Below, piece by piece: positions 8,276-17,482 of a stretch of DNA of 64,000 nt (position 1 is its first letter; every line of letters begins with the position of its first letter). The notes below the pieces were generated by a model. The model searched no databases, was not told the DNA's origin, and saw only the letters and a list, made by a program, of their open reading frames with translations. Source of the stretch: a virus; the IMG/VR virus record IMGVR_UViG_3300047198_000026, positions 1 through 64,000 of that record; one strand, 5' to 3'. Both the position numbers and the translations under genes were made by a program.

Positions 8276-9456
8276 CATCTATCCTTATCGTAGTTCATTA
8301 TAATAACATCCCCAAAGGGTGGCTTGAAGCGTTTATTATTGTAGGTTAATAGCCACAGCACAGGGATATCTGGGTTCTTTGGGAAAGAATCACACTCACC
8401 ATCTGTAAATACAATGATGCAGATGGGTTCAAGTTGTTCCTTTTCCATCTGTTTGAATCCACACCTGAAGTCTGTTCCCCCACCTGCTTCAATCTTCATC
8501 TTGTTGATGTCGGTATCATCCGTTATCTCTTGGAAGGGCATGGCCTTGGTATCAAAGAACGATACCTGTAACTCCATCTTCTCATAGGCTGCCAGTATCC
8601 CCTGAATCTCGCTGACCTCTTCCTTCAGTTCTTCTCTACTAATACTTCCAGAGGCATCAATCAGGTTAACTACCATTCCTATTTCTGGGCTCTTGACTGT
8701 GGGAAGATATACGTTGTGACCCACATACTTAGCATTGGGTAACTCCCAAGTGTAATCACATTTTGAGGTGGTTTCAATGAACTGGGACAAGGCTTCCTTC
8801 CAATTGATTCTTGGCTGATTAAGTTCTTCCAATATCCTTTTCAATCCTGCGGGTAAGTTGCCTTGTCTTCTCATGGCTGCCTGTGCTGCCTTGGCATTCT
8901 CGATCTGTTGGGACTGCTCTCCAGCCTTCATCTCTGCCTCACTTCCATTGGAAGGATAGTCTGATACTTGCCCAACATTTCCACTTCCCTCACCAAAGCT
9001 TTTGATCATGGCTTTATACTTCTGGGCGTTCTTTATTATGTACTCATATATTTTCTCAGCTTCCCAACCAGCAAATCTGTTGTCAAGTAGGACTCCTGGT
9101 GGAAGTTTGAAGCCACAGTCTACTAACATCAGGTTGACTGCATAGTCACAAGCCAGATTCCAAATCAGGAAGTCTCTGTTTCCCCGCCTGAAAGGATGAA
9201 GTAGAACCACATGCATTACTTCATGAACCACTACACCAAGCACTTCCTCTGTATTGACCTTACTCACAAACTCTCTTGACCAAATGATTTCCTTTCCATC
9301 TGTCCCCATCGTGGGGATGGGTAGTTTGTTTTCCTTATCCTCATGGATGTCCAACTGTAATCCTACACTGGCAAAGAAGGTATGGTCAAGAACCAATCTG
9401 GTCTTCGACCATGACATCTTCTCATCAGGAGTTAAACTCACATTTGCTTTTGCCAT
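8275..9456 (-). CDS. Metallopeptidase-like (HExxH) plus VWA-domain protein, DUF2201-like
   Basis: TMGTDG, HEVMH, WNLACDYAVN; C-terminal DASGS MIDAS, GGGTDF, FTDG. Confidence 0.85.
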   Translation of the reverse strand: MAKANVSLTPDEKMSWSKTRLVLDHTFFASVGLQLDIHEDKENKLPIPTMGTDGKEIIWSREFVSKVNTEEVLGVVVHEVMHVVLLHPFRRGNRDFLIWNLACDYAVNLMLVDCGFKLPPGVLLDNRFAGWEAEKIYEYIIKNAQKYKAMIKSFGEGSGNVGQVSDYPSNGSEAEMKAGEQSQQIENAKAAQAAMRRQGNLPAGLKRILEELNQPRINWKEALSQFIETTSKCDYTWELPNAKYVGHNVYLPTVKSPEIGMVVNLIDASGSISREELKEEVSEIQGILAAYEKMELQVSFFDTKAMPFQEITDDTDINKMKIEAGGGTDFRCGFKQMEKEQLEPICIIVFTDGECDSFPKNPDIPVLWLLTYNNKRFKPPFGDVIIMNYDKDR

Positions 9457-9664
9457 GGTTCTGCCTCCTTACTGGCATGCAGTTACAATATAGGGGCTCA
9501 TTCCCCGTGTTAGATCTGTCAGACACATGGGTGCAAGGATACCCTTTACATGGACGATACTTCGGAATGTGTGGTTCTCTATGCTCACAGGCCATTGAAG
9601 GGTATGCCTTCTTACACTCCCTACGAATTTCACACATGTACATTCTATTCTTTGAAATTTCCAT
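9425..9664 (-). CDS. Small Cys/His protein (MEISKN)
   Basis: YMC...CEHREPH...C motif; ATG overlaps the AAA+ stop. Confidence 0.6.
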   Translation of the reverse strand: MEISKNRMYMCEIRRECKKAYPSMACEHREPHIPKYRPCKGYPCTHVSDRSNTGNEPLYCNCMPVRRQNHGKSKCEFNS

Positions 9665-10716
9665 TAGAGTATGGTGTCCTTGTGCTTTGTCTGCCATTCC
9701 AAATAGGACTTGTTCTTCCTAAGGGAATGGTCTTTCAGTAGGCAATCCCTCACGATGATGATGTTGAACTCAGCCTTTGCCTGTCTTATTTGACCCTTGG
9801 CATCCTTATATTCCTTGGTCAATCTCTCAGCATACTCAATGATTGGCTTAAAGGTCTGAGCATCTGCTCTCTCGGCTAAGGCTCCACATAAAGCATATAG
9901 CACACTGGCTTCCGTTGGAATGTCTGCCTTAGTGGGATGGGCAATCACTTCATCTATATCAGGGATAGACTCTTTTAGCTTTAGGAATCCCACGAACTCT
10001 GTTGCAAAGCCAGCCCCAACTGCACCCGTCAACATCTCTAGCCGGCACTCATCCGGATAACCTGATGTCATGATCTCTCCAGCATGAGCGATCGTTCTTG
10101 GACAGGGTGTGTTCTTCATATCCCTACTGGCCTCAAACTGATGAAGAAGCTCAGGCCTCCATCTCACAAAGTTTATGAGATCGAAGGGCATCTTATTCGC
10201 TGCTGCCCAGATTGTCCAGTCTGTCAGGTCAACATCAAAAGGTAGGATGGCAAAGAACCTTGACTTGACTGGCTCTAAGATACCCTGAACACCTGCCTTA
10301 TCCTCCCTTCTGTTGGAGCAGGCCATGAATACAACCTGATCAGATATCTTAAACTCATTCAATGAACGAGCTAAGAGTAACTGCATGGCTGCTGCCTGAA
10401 CTGCTGGGGGAGCCTGACCTAAATCATCCAATAGAAAGACTGTCAATTTTGTGGCCTCAATGATTCGGCTCAGGTTAGAGAAGGGAAGGAACACTGCCTC
10501 TGTTCTTCCGTCCTTCTTTTGAATGACCCAAGGCATACCCTTGTAGTTGGTGGGATCATCAACAACAGGATGACTCACAATCAAGTCTGCCTCTGCTGAT
10601 CGGGAAGCCTGCTTTACTACATCAGTCTTTCCAACGCCAGGTGGACCAGTCAATAGAAGGGCTTGCCGACATTCAATGGCCTTCTGCAAACACTTCAATA
10701 ACAAACTTGGTTTCAT
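9664..10716 (-). CDS. MoxR-like AAA+ ATPase
   Basis: GPPGVGKT Walker A, LLDDL Walker B, SRF arginine finger, TPCPR; next to the VWA gene. Confidence 0.85.
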   Translation of the reverse strand: MKPSLLLKCLQKAIECRQALLLTGPPGVGKTDVVKQASRSAEADLIVSHPVVDDPTNYKGMPWVIQKKDGRTEAVFLPFSNLSRIIEATKLTVFLLDDLGQAPPAVQAAAMQLLLARSLNEFKISDQVVFMACSNRREDKAGVQGILEPVKSRFFAILPFDVDLTDWTIWAAANKMPFDLINFVRWRPELLHQFEASRDMKNTPCPRTIAHAGEIMTSGYPDECRLEMLTGAVGAGFATEFVGFLKLKESIPDIDEVIAHPTKADIPTEASVLYALCGALAERADAQTFKPIIEYAERLTKEYKDAKGQIRQAKAEFNIIIVRDCLLKDHSLRKNKSYLEWQTKHKDTIL

Positions 10717-10988
10717 CGTTTTCTCCTTTCTTTTTTTATGTTATACTTAGATAGAAATTTAGACCTATTAAATTCCAAGGGTTTTCCTTCCTTAAAGGCG
10801 TGGTAACATAGGGTATGGATCTCATCCGCAGCCCCCCAAGGGAGAGATCTCCAGCATTTTCCATGAGCCATGTAGTATGAGTCTTCATGTGTCTTTCCAC
10901 AAACCACACACTCAACGGTTATCATTCTGCCCCCATAGCTCCTGAAGTATATCAAATCCAAGTGGCGTCTATTCTTTGAGAGTTGCAT
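10713..10988 (-). CDS. Small protein (MQLSKN)
   Basis: ORF track; CVVC motif. Confidence 0.6.
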   Translation of the reverse strand: MQLSKNRRHLDLIYFRSYGGRMITVECVVCGKTHEDSYYMAHGKCWRSLPWGAADEIHTLCYHAFKEGKPLEFNRSKFLSKYNIKKERRKR

Positions 10989-11360
10989 CTATAAAATTCC
11001 CCGATACTTGATTGTGATTTGGCCCCTGAATCTTTTTGGTTCTTGCCCCTCGATGTGTAGCCACCTATCAGATGTTCCCTTATGTGCCACCACCTTGATT
11101 CCCAGAGGCAGCCAGTTGTTGAGATGCCATTTGACACTACTCCACTTTGGGGGGCGATGTGTATATCCATATGAACTTTTGTATGGCACACTTTGAGAGG
11201 AATCTACTATTGTAAGTTTCTTTGTCTTATAATTGTACTCCACCACAGCATAACTCTGATGGAATACCTTATAAATTCCTTGAGGCCATATCTCTGAGTG
11301 GGTGGCAAATGAATGGTATCTCCTTTTGGGCTCATCACCCACGTTCTCACTCTTTTCCAT
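10989..11360 (-). CDS. Hypothetical protein (MEKSEN)
   Basis: Internal ATG of track ORF 10989..11429 with GGAGG upstream. Confidence 0.6.
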   Translation of the reverse strand: MEKSENVGDEPKRRYHSFATHSEIWPQGIYKVFHQSYAVVEYNYKTKKLTIVDSSQSVPYKSSYGYTHRPPKWSSVKWHLNNWLPLGIKVVAHKGTSDRWLHIEGQEPKRFRGQITIKYRGIL

Positions 11361-11474
11361 TAGTCTTCCTCCCCATAAGTTTTCCATTGACCAAATCCAC
11401 CATGAGCATAAGGATGCCTCCCAATACAAAGGATGCTACCAATATGACTGCAAGAACGAATGGATGTAATGTTA

Positions 11475-11759
11475 TCATTTTGTTTCTCCTTTCTGTTCTT
11501 CCTCTATATATTTGAAGATTGGCTTGCCATGTAGCCAGCATACTAAGGCGGACTGCCAAGCCCAAATAGCCAATCGATTGTTGTCATTCTGTCTTAACAG
11601 CATCCAGAGGGCTTGCTGTGAACCCAGTGTATTTAGGATTGAGTTAACGGCTATGACGGCTGGAGTTTCCCACTCTGTTGCCCCTTGTATGTATTTTGAC
11701 AGAGACTCTCTGATTCCTTGGGGTATGTCTGTCTTTCTTATCCATTTGTATTGAAACAT
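11475..11759 (-). CDS. Hypothetical protein
   Basis: ORF with AGGAGG RBS. Confidence 0.55.
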   Translation of the reverse strand: MFQYKWIRKTDIPQGIRESLSKYIQGATEWETPAVIAVNSILNTLGSQQALWMLLRQNDNNRLAIWAWQSALVCWLHGKPIFKYIEEEQKGETK

Positions 11760-11991
11760 TGTCCACCTCCTTTGGTAAGATTTCTACCACATGATGCCAT
11801 GTCTTCTTCATTTGAATGGAAAAACGATATTGCTTTAGGAGTTCAAGAATTAAGTCCTTACTAATCTTGACAAGAATTCCGTTCTTTGCTAACCTGTATG
11901 ATGTCAAGTGGATAGCAGTTCCCCATCTATTGGAGAAGACTTCTATCCCATCAATGAGCTTCCCATCAATTATGTTGTAGCTCTTCTCCAT
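11644..11991 (-). CDS. Hypothetical protein (MEKSYN)
   Basis: ORF track; GAGG RBS; 3' end overlaps the next ORF. Confidence 0.55.
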   Translation of the reverse strand: MEKSYNIIDGKLIDGIEVFSNRWGTAIHLTSYRLAKNGILVKISKDLILELLKQYRFSIQMKKTWHHVVEILPKEVDNVSIQMDKKDRHTPRNQRVSVKIHTRGNRVGNSSRHSR

Positions 11992-12184
11992 TGGGTTCCT
12001 CTTTCAAGTCCTTGTCAGTTAGATGTAGGGCATCCATTAGACTCTCTTTGGTGGGAGTCTGTTGGGCAGGAACCACCACAACAGGTTGAGGCTCTGACTT
12101 CACAATAGGTCTGGCCTCTCTAATTCCCTTTCGAATCTTCACTCTCTTTCCAAAATTTGCTGCTGGTTGCATCGTGTCCTCCTT

Positions 12185-12448
12185 TCAATGGGACAGTATG
12201 GAAAAGTGCTGTCCGCACACCCTTCTATAACCTTTCTTCGTTGGTGTCCCAGAGGTTGCTGTCCTTTTACACCTGCCATACTGGCACTTCCTTTCAGGCA
12301 TGTCCTTTGGGTCTGGATAACCTAAGATGATGAAGGCATGTTCAAGAGCACTCAGTCCTCCAGCCGTGATTCTTGGGGGGTTATCCAAAGTGAATGCAAA
12401 CTGGTTTACCATGTCCTCTAAAGCCTCTTTAAATTTATTCTTCTTCAT
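12185..12448 (-). CDS. Hypothetical protein with C-terminal Cys/His motif
   Basis: AGGAGG RBS; CQYGRC...CGQH. Confidence 0.6.
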   Translation of the reverse strand: MKKNKFKEALEDMVNQFAFTLDNPPRITAGGLSALEHAFIILGYPDPKDMPERKCQYGRCKRTATSGTPTKKGYRRVCGQHFSILSH

Positions 12449-12618
12449 AAGTTCCTCCTTCCCATTTAACTATAATTCTGGTGTCAGGACGGTCTTTAAA
12501 GATGAGACTATCCTCCAGAATGTAATGCCATTAGGCCCAAGCTGGAAGACTCCATACCAATCGACATCATATCCAGACTTCCAGGCACACCTAAAGAAGG
12601 TTGGTCCTGTTCTCTTCT

Positions 12619-12924
12619 TCATAAGTTCCTCCTTAGACAATCTATTAAGTCTCTTGTGTTCTCATTGTCAGTGGACAGGAAGGCAGCCTGTAATTCCTTA
12701 CGAACATCATCAATGTTCTTGCTCGCCCTCTGCCTGAATCTGTCAGCCTTACTCATTCTATCCTTACTTAGAAAGAATTCCGTCTCACACTTTGAACTAC
12801 AAAAGCCAAAGACTCTCCTGATAACTGGCAACACCAACTCCTTATCCATGTGGAAAGTCTCTTGTCCATCCACACTCCAAAGAATGCCACCGGTTATCCT
12901 TTTCTTACAGCCCAAGCACTTCAT
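12619..12924 (-). CDS. Zn-finger-like hypothetical protein
   Basis: CLGC...FCSSKC. Confidence 0.6.
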   Translation of the reverse strand: MKCLGCKKRITGGILWSVDGQETFHMDKELVLPVIRRVFGFCSSKCETEFFLSKDRMSKADRFRQRASKNIDDVRKELQAAFLSTDNENTRDLIDCLRRNL

Positions 12925-13250
12925 TTCTTCCTCTTTTTTAAGTCCTTGAATAACTTCTCCCTCTCCTTTAGTACTTGTGAGACTTCTTCTGTGTCAGTTG
13001 TTACTAGCTTATCTAAATTGCTTTCCTTCGTTCCACACAACTCACATTGATACTCATAGATGTCAAAGTTGTCAGAGTCATGGGTCTCAAAGTTTGCTAA
13101 ATCATCATACTTAATCCCTTCCCTTATAGAAGCCACCGTACAAGTCCCAAAGGCCGTCTCACTGTAGTAGGCAACGGCTGTGGTCTCTTTGCCACAATGC
13201 TTACACCAGTACTTACTTCCATCAAATTCCTTGTTCTTTGACGTTTCCAT
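12921..13250 (-). CDS. Zn-ribbon protein (METSKN)
   Basis: CKHC...CELC; AGGAG RBS before the internal ATG. Confidence 0.65.
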   Translation of the reverse strand: METSKNKEFDGSKYWCKHCGKETTAVAYYSETAFGTCTVASIREGIKYDDLANFETHDSDNFDIYEYQCELCGTKESNLDKLVTTDTEEVSQVLKEREKLFKDLKKRKK

Positions 13251-13558
13251 ATCGTCTCCTAAACAGGGATAGGATTCGTTTTGAGTATAATGATAACCTT
13301 TTCTATTATTTCTAACCATAGAAAATGACTGATAGTATATCCAATTAAGATGCCAACAAATATACCAATTAGAAACATTAAGGTTTTCATATTACTCCTC
13401 AATCCTTGTGCCATGAAATCCACGGATAAGTTTCTTCCTTGATACCCGTCTAACCTTTACATTGGTGGGATAGACTATGGGAACAGTCTTAAGCATTCCC
13501 TCTCTCATATAGACTTGAGAGGAGAATCTGGCAAACTTCTTACCAATAATCTTATACA

Positions 13559-13771
13559 TTATAACCGTCTCCTTTCTATCTCATCTTTAAGGGCTAATAA
13601 AAACAATCGTCTATTCCTATAGCAATATCTTCCAAACCACTGAGAGAGTTCAGACACATCGTGGGCGAATCTCCATAAATCCTTGGTGGTGCAGTAGACA
13701 TCTATGGCCTTCTTAGCACTCAATGTGGTCTGTCTCTTGTCCTCTTTAATTAGATTCTTGCTCAGCTTCAT
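13559..13771 (-). CDS. Small protein (MKLSKN)
   Basis: Internal ATG of track ORF 13559..13888. Confidence 0.6.
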   Translation of the reverse strand: MKLSKNLIKEDKRQTTLSAKKAIDVYCTTKDLWRFAHDVSELSQWFGRYCYRNRRLFLLALKDEIERRRL

Positions 13772-13946
13772 TTGATTCCTCTCCACACCATCCACATCCA
13801 TTATGGGGATTGAAAAAGGAGTCATCCCTGCCAACTTTAGGCATCCGCATACAGTTTCTCCGTACTTCGTGTGGCGTCTTATGTCCACATGGCCAAGTGC
13901 ACGAACTATATTTACAGAAATACACTTTATTCTTGCTCAGTTCCAT
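13746..13946 (-). CDS. Small Cys/His protein (MELSKN)
   Basis: YFC...CGHKTPH...C...GCGWC. Confidence 0.65.
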   Translation of the reverse strand: MELSKNKVYFCKYSSCTWPCGHKTPHEVRRNCMRMPKVGRDDSFFNPHNGCGWCGEESNEAEQESN

Positions 13947-14091
13947 CCTCAACCTCTAAGCAGACTCCACATCCCTCTCTCCAAGCTTGACAAACCCTCA
14001 TCACAAAAGTATGGGGCTCCCTATGGGGACACCAAAGGGTGCATATCTTATATCGGGGGCATAGCCATAACCTATTCTTTGATATCTCCAT
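13927..14091 (-). CDS. 54-aa Cys/His protein (MEISKN), below the ORF-track cutoff
   Basis: Manual translation MEISKNRLWLCPRYKICTLWCPHREPH...GCGVC; paralog of 13746..13946. Confidence 0.65.
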   Translation of the reverse strand: MEISKNRLWLCPRYKICTLWCPHREPHTFVMRVCQAWREGCGVCLEVEDGTEQE

Positions 14092-14423
14092 CCTCAACCT
14101 CAACCTTGTCAGTTATCTTTGGACAGTCTGTCAGGTTGTCTTTAACACAGAACTGATTCTCTTCACACTTCCTGCATATCTCTGTGTTCATCTTTCACCT
14201 CCTATGCTTGAGGATCCCCTAAATCTGTTCCCCTCCAGATGAGCCACACAATTATTAATGCTATTGCTATTATCCAGCCTATCATCTCTCACCTTCTATG
14301 CTGTAGTTATCATCCACCAAAATAGAACCTCTTGGTCATCCTTTGGGTTGACTTCAATGTCCATAGGTTGCCTGATACAATACCACTCTTTTTCGTAGTG
14401 TTTTAGGGGTTTCATCTCTCACC

Positions 14424-14612
14424 TCAAAACGCTCCCATTAGACGCATGATGTCAGCCTTGGCCACCTTGTCATTGGGATGGTTAGCCAAGTGCTTCTTCC
14501 ATGCCTTCTCTTTGTTCCTTCTTGTTCGGTCAACCTGCTTCCGATACTTGCCTTCATGATGGACATGCTGGCGTCCCTTGGCATTCTTGCCACCAATCTG
14601 TTGCTTTGCCAT
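14424..14612 (-). CDS. Small basic protein
   Basis: ORF track; Lys/Arg/His-rich. Confidence 0.55.
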   Translation of the reverse strand: MAKQQIGGKNAKGRQHVHHEGKYRKQVDRTRRNKEKAWKKHLANHPNDKVAKADIMRLMGAF

Positions 14613-14806
14613 TATCTTCTCTCCCTTCTATGCCATCTGACATAGTAGCCACACTTAACAAGGAAGTCCACACAGCCAAGTTTCCTGATGCCAAGGCTTC
14701 CACTCTCAATGACCAAGGCTTCTCCCACAGGAGTGATGCCTTCATCCCGCAGGATGTGCAGACATTTGTGCTCAATCTGCTTCATCTCTTCCTTTGATAG
14801 TTCCAT
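14612..14806 (-). CDS. Small protein (MELSKE, near-tag)
   Basis: GAGGA RBS. Confidence 0.6.
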   Translation of the reverse strand: MELSKEEMKQIEHKCLHILRDEGITPVGEALVIESGSLGIRKLGCVDFLVKCGYYVRWHRRERR

Positions 14807-15410
14807 AATGTCCTCCTACTTCCACGCATGACCATTAGGACATACGCAGTATATCCCATTAAGTCCCATCTTGAATTGTCCTATCAGTCCACATATAGGA
14901 CAGAGTATGGTACTGCAGGCTATAACCAATGCCACAATCAAAGCCAACAAATACTTCTTTGTCTTACTCATAATATCACCTCCTTATGCTCCTTGGCTTG
15001 TTTAGTCTTATTCTCCCCAATGCACAGTGGACAGGAATGTAAAGATTAAGTATAGAATGGCGGGTACTCCAACAATTGCAGCCCCTGCTATAAGAACTAT
15101 GATGGGGCTGAAAATATAGTCTAGTATGTAACTCTCTTTCTTCTCAGGTTGTTCTGTTATATCCCCTTCTCTCTTCCCACAGTGAGGACAACAGATATAC
15201 CTTGTGAAATCATGTGTATGTTCCATAGTATCACCTCTCTTAATAAAGATGGGCAGTTTTACATGATGCCCAGCATGGATTAGTATTTTATAGCCACTAA
15301 TCAAATTGCTATATTGTGATGCCAAATCAATGGCATCTTTTCTGCGTTTATCCAATCCGTTCCGATTGGCTTCTACTTAATATTCTTTTAAGGCACTTAC
15401 GAGTATAGGC

Positions 15411-15458
15411 TCACTTACTATCTTTCCCCTCATTGGCCAATGGGCAGATAGTAAGTGA
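15411..15458. repeat. 13-bp perfect inverted repeat (hairpin)
   Basis: TCACTTACTATCT ... AGATAGTAAGTGA. Confidence 0.85.
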
Positions 15459-15479
15459 TTATTAAGAGGTCTAATTGTG

Positions 15480-16040
15480 AAAATATCTCCCCCTACTAAT
15501 TACCCCGCTTTTAGCCTGTGTCAGCGTGTAGTATTACACCTTACCTTGGGCATATCTACGAAAATAATGTTCAGGTTCAATCCCGAATTTCCTCAATCCC
15601 TAATCAGGGTTCAACGCTGTCCATAGTGTTGCCACCTTCACTACCTTTACAGCGATTGTGTTGTTCAGGAGTAATATAGTCGTTCCAGACTATAGAAGGT
15701 TACGCATCTCCTACCTATCCATCCTTTTTGTCTTTCGACAGGAGTTTTCCTCCACGCATTGCCTTGCTTTTGGTCAGGATGGCTTCGGATTCATCGGATT
15801 GGCTTCAAGGGTTTCCTTTAGTCCGCACTACTCATCCTGTCTATTCCATCTTATTTGGTCATACAGTTCTTTAACTGGATACCTTGATATGGACATTCAA
15901 GGACTTTCGTGGATGTCTTTACTCCCTACTCTCTGCCTTTCCATTCGTGTATCCCCAGTAAGTCTATTGAGTTTTAGGGCTTTGAGGCTACCTCTGTCCG
16001 TACACCAGAGACTTCAGCCGACTGGGTTGCGATATTAAGA
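15480..16040 (-). ncRNA. Candidate large structured non-coding RNA (boundaries approximate)
   Basis: About 560 nt with no minus-strand ORF of 60 aa or more, dense in hairpins including GNRA loops (TGTC-GAAA-GACA, GGTG-GCAA-CACT), directly downstream of a tRNA-like element. Confidence 0.55.
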
Positions 16041-16082
16041 TACACTATGTTCTGCTTTAGTCAAAGCATAACTATATCTACA

Positions 16083-16153
16083 TGGTGTCCCAATAGGACT
16101 TGAACCTATAACATCGCCTATCGAGCGATTGCTCTGCATTGAGCTATGGGACA
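16083..16153 (-). tRNA. Atypical tRNA-Ile(GAT)-like element
   Basis: TGTCCCA/TGGGACA acceptor, GCTC/GAGC D stem, ATCGC/GCGAT stem with loop TCGATAG, ATAGG-TTCAAGT-CCTAT, CCA; 3-nt variable region and irregular 3' end. Confidence 0.6.
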
Positions 16154-16168
16154 TTATGTCATATTGTT

Positions 16169-16699
16169 AAGGTCAAGGGATTAATGGACAGGGCAAAAGG
16201 TCATGTTACTATGCTCTCTTCACTTCATTCTGTTTCCTCAGGATGATTGTGCAACGACTCACAAGGTCATCCGCCTTCTTATTACTGGACTCTTTTGCCT
16301 TGATTCCTGCGGGCAAGGTAAACCCGTATTTCTTCAAGCCTTGCTCTGTGAAGAATAACATCGCTCCACCTTTCCATACTCTTACAGTGAAGTCGCCAGA
16401 TTTGGCAAGGTCATCCTGAAATGCTACGGGGTTGCTCACTCCAGTCTTTCTCAAGGCATCGTTAAGACCTGAATATACCGTATGGATACCAGTCTTGTAT
16501 CCCGTAATTCGGTCTTTCTTATCCTTGATAGGCTGTCCCCAGTCTTTCCGCAGGGCTTCGATGACTAACATAATGGGCGTAATCTTGATTACTTTCGTTT
16601 CGTCTAACATAATGGCACATCCTTTCTCCCTATAAGGGAACATTAGTTGTTAGTTGATAGGGATGACCATTTAGCCCTGCCCATTATCCCCTTGACCTT
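16169..16699. repeat. About 36-bp imperfect inverted repeats (16169..16204 and 16663..16699) bracketing one ORF
   Basis: AAGGTCAAGGGATTAATGGACAGGGCAAAAGGTCAT vs reverse complement AAGGTCAAGGGGATAATGGGCAGGGCTAAATGGTCAT. Confidence 0.85.
16209..16610 (-). CDS. Basic hypothetical protein, first gene of the left arm
   Basis: GIHTVYSGLN...KGGAML; start at MLDET after AAGGA. Confidence 0.7.
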   Translation of the reverse strand: MLDETKVIKITPIMLVIEALRKDWGQPIKDKKDRITGYKTGIHTVYSGLNDALRKTGVSNPVAFQDDLAKSGDFTVRVWKGGAMLFFTEQGLKKYGFTLPAGIKAKESSNKKADDLVSRCTIILRKQNEVKRA

Positions 16700-17025
16700 T
16701 TCTGATTTAGAAGCAACTTGTCTGAACTGGTAATGTCTTGATCAATCCAACAAGCTCCTATGTGCCTTACTTTCTGCCAAACTTCACTTTTGACAATGCC
16801 AAAGGGCAAGGTTTAAGGGTTAGTTAAAACATTTCAAGCACTTAGCCCTCCTGCCCGTATGACAATCGCCCATTGGCATGGCATATCGCCCAAGGGGGAG
16901 GGGGGGTCACCATACCAAAGATGTAGATGCCCCTGACCACTAAAAAACCCTCCACGGGGTCTGTGACCAAGGAGAATCTGTAAAATCGGCAAATCCCCAC
17001 CCTATAGCGAATTGACCCCTGCCAA

Positions 17026-17062
17026 CCGTCAGGATGCCAGTTTATATACCCATAGGGACTAT
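17026..17062. promoter_or_regulatory. Intergenic motif, copy 2
   Basis: Matches 3933..3969; lies in the divergence region between the arms. Confidence 0.55.
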
Positions 17063-17086
17063 ATAATAGTATGGAGGACAAATAAC

Positions 17087-17371
17087 ATGGACAAAAATGA
17101 CACAAAGCAGAGGACCCGTTACATAGGCCAAGTGGCCGAATGCATACTCTATGAGGATGCAATTAAGGCAACCAAGTATGTCAGCCCTTCTGAGACCATT
17201 AAGGCAACCCGGAGGGGAAGGAAGGATGGCAGAAGTAAGCACCAAGAGATGATCCTGACAGTTGGACCCCCCAACTATGCCGAAAGGGCGTTCATTAAGA
17301 TTGCCAGAAAGTCAGGAGAACCATTCCCCATTCAGAGGATACAGCTCAAGTGGAAGAAAAAAGACAAATGA
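17087..17371 (+). CDS. Basic hypothetical protein
   Basis: GGAGG RBS; first gene of the right arm. Confidence 0.7.
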   Translation: MDKNDTKQRTRYIGQVAECILYEDAIKATKYVSPSETIKATRRGRKDGRSKHQEMILTVGPPNYAERAFIKIARKSGEPFPIQRIQLKWKKKDK

Positions 17372-17482
17372 ACCCTGACGACCTGACCATTCTCAGTTAC
17401 TGTATCTCAATCTTCAATGCCCAGTATGTCTATGATGACGACATGGTCCAGAAGAGGATTGACGAGCTCAAGGAGTTCATCC

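Noticed and set aside
15480-16040. RNase P RNA, tmRNA or rRNA fragment
   Set aside because: I could not find their hallmark sequences; left as an unassigned ncRNA candidate
1128-16643. Stop-codon reassignment as the cause of the many short ORFs
   Set aside because: Short ORFs have their own RBS and a shared start motif; long conserved genes are intact in the standard code and all three stops end plausible genes
16873-16890. Sigma-54 promoter TTGGCATGGCATATCGC
   Set aside because: GG to GC spacing is 11 nt rather than the required 10
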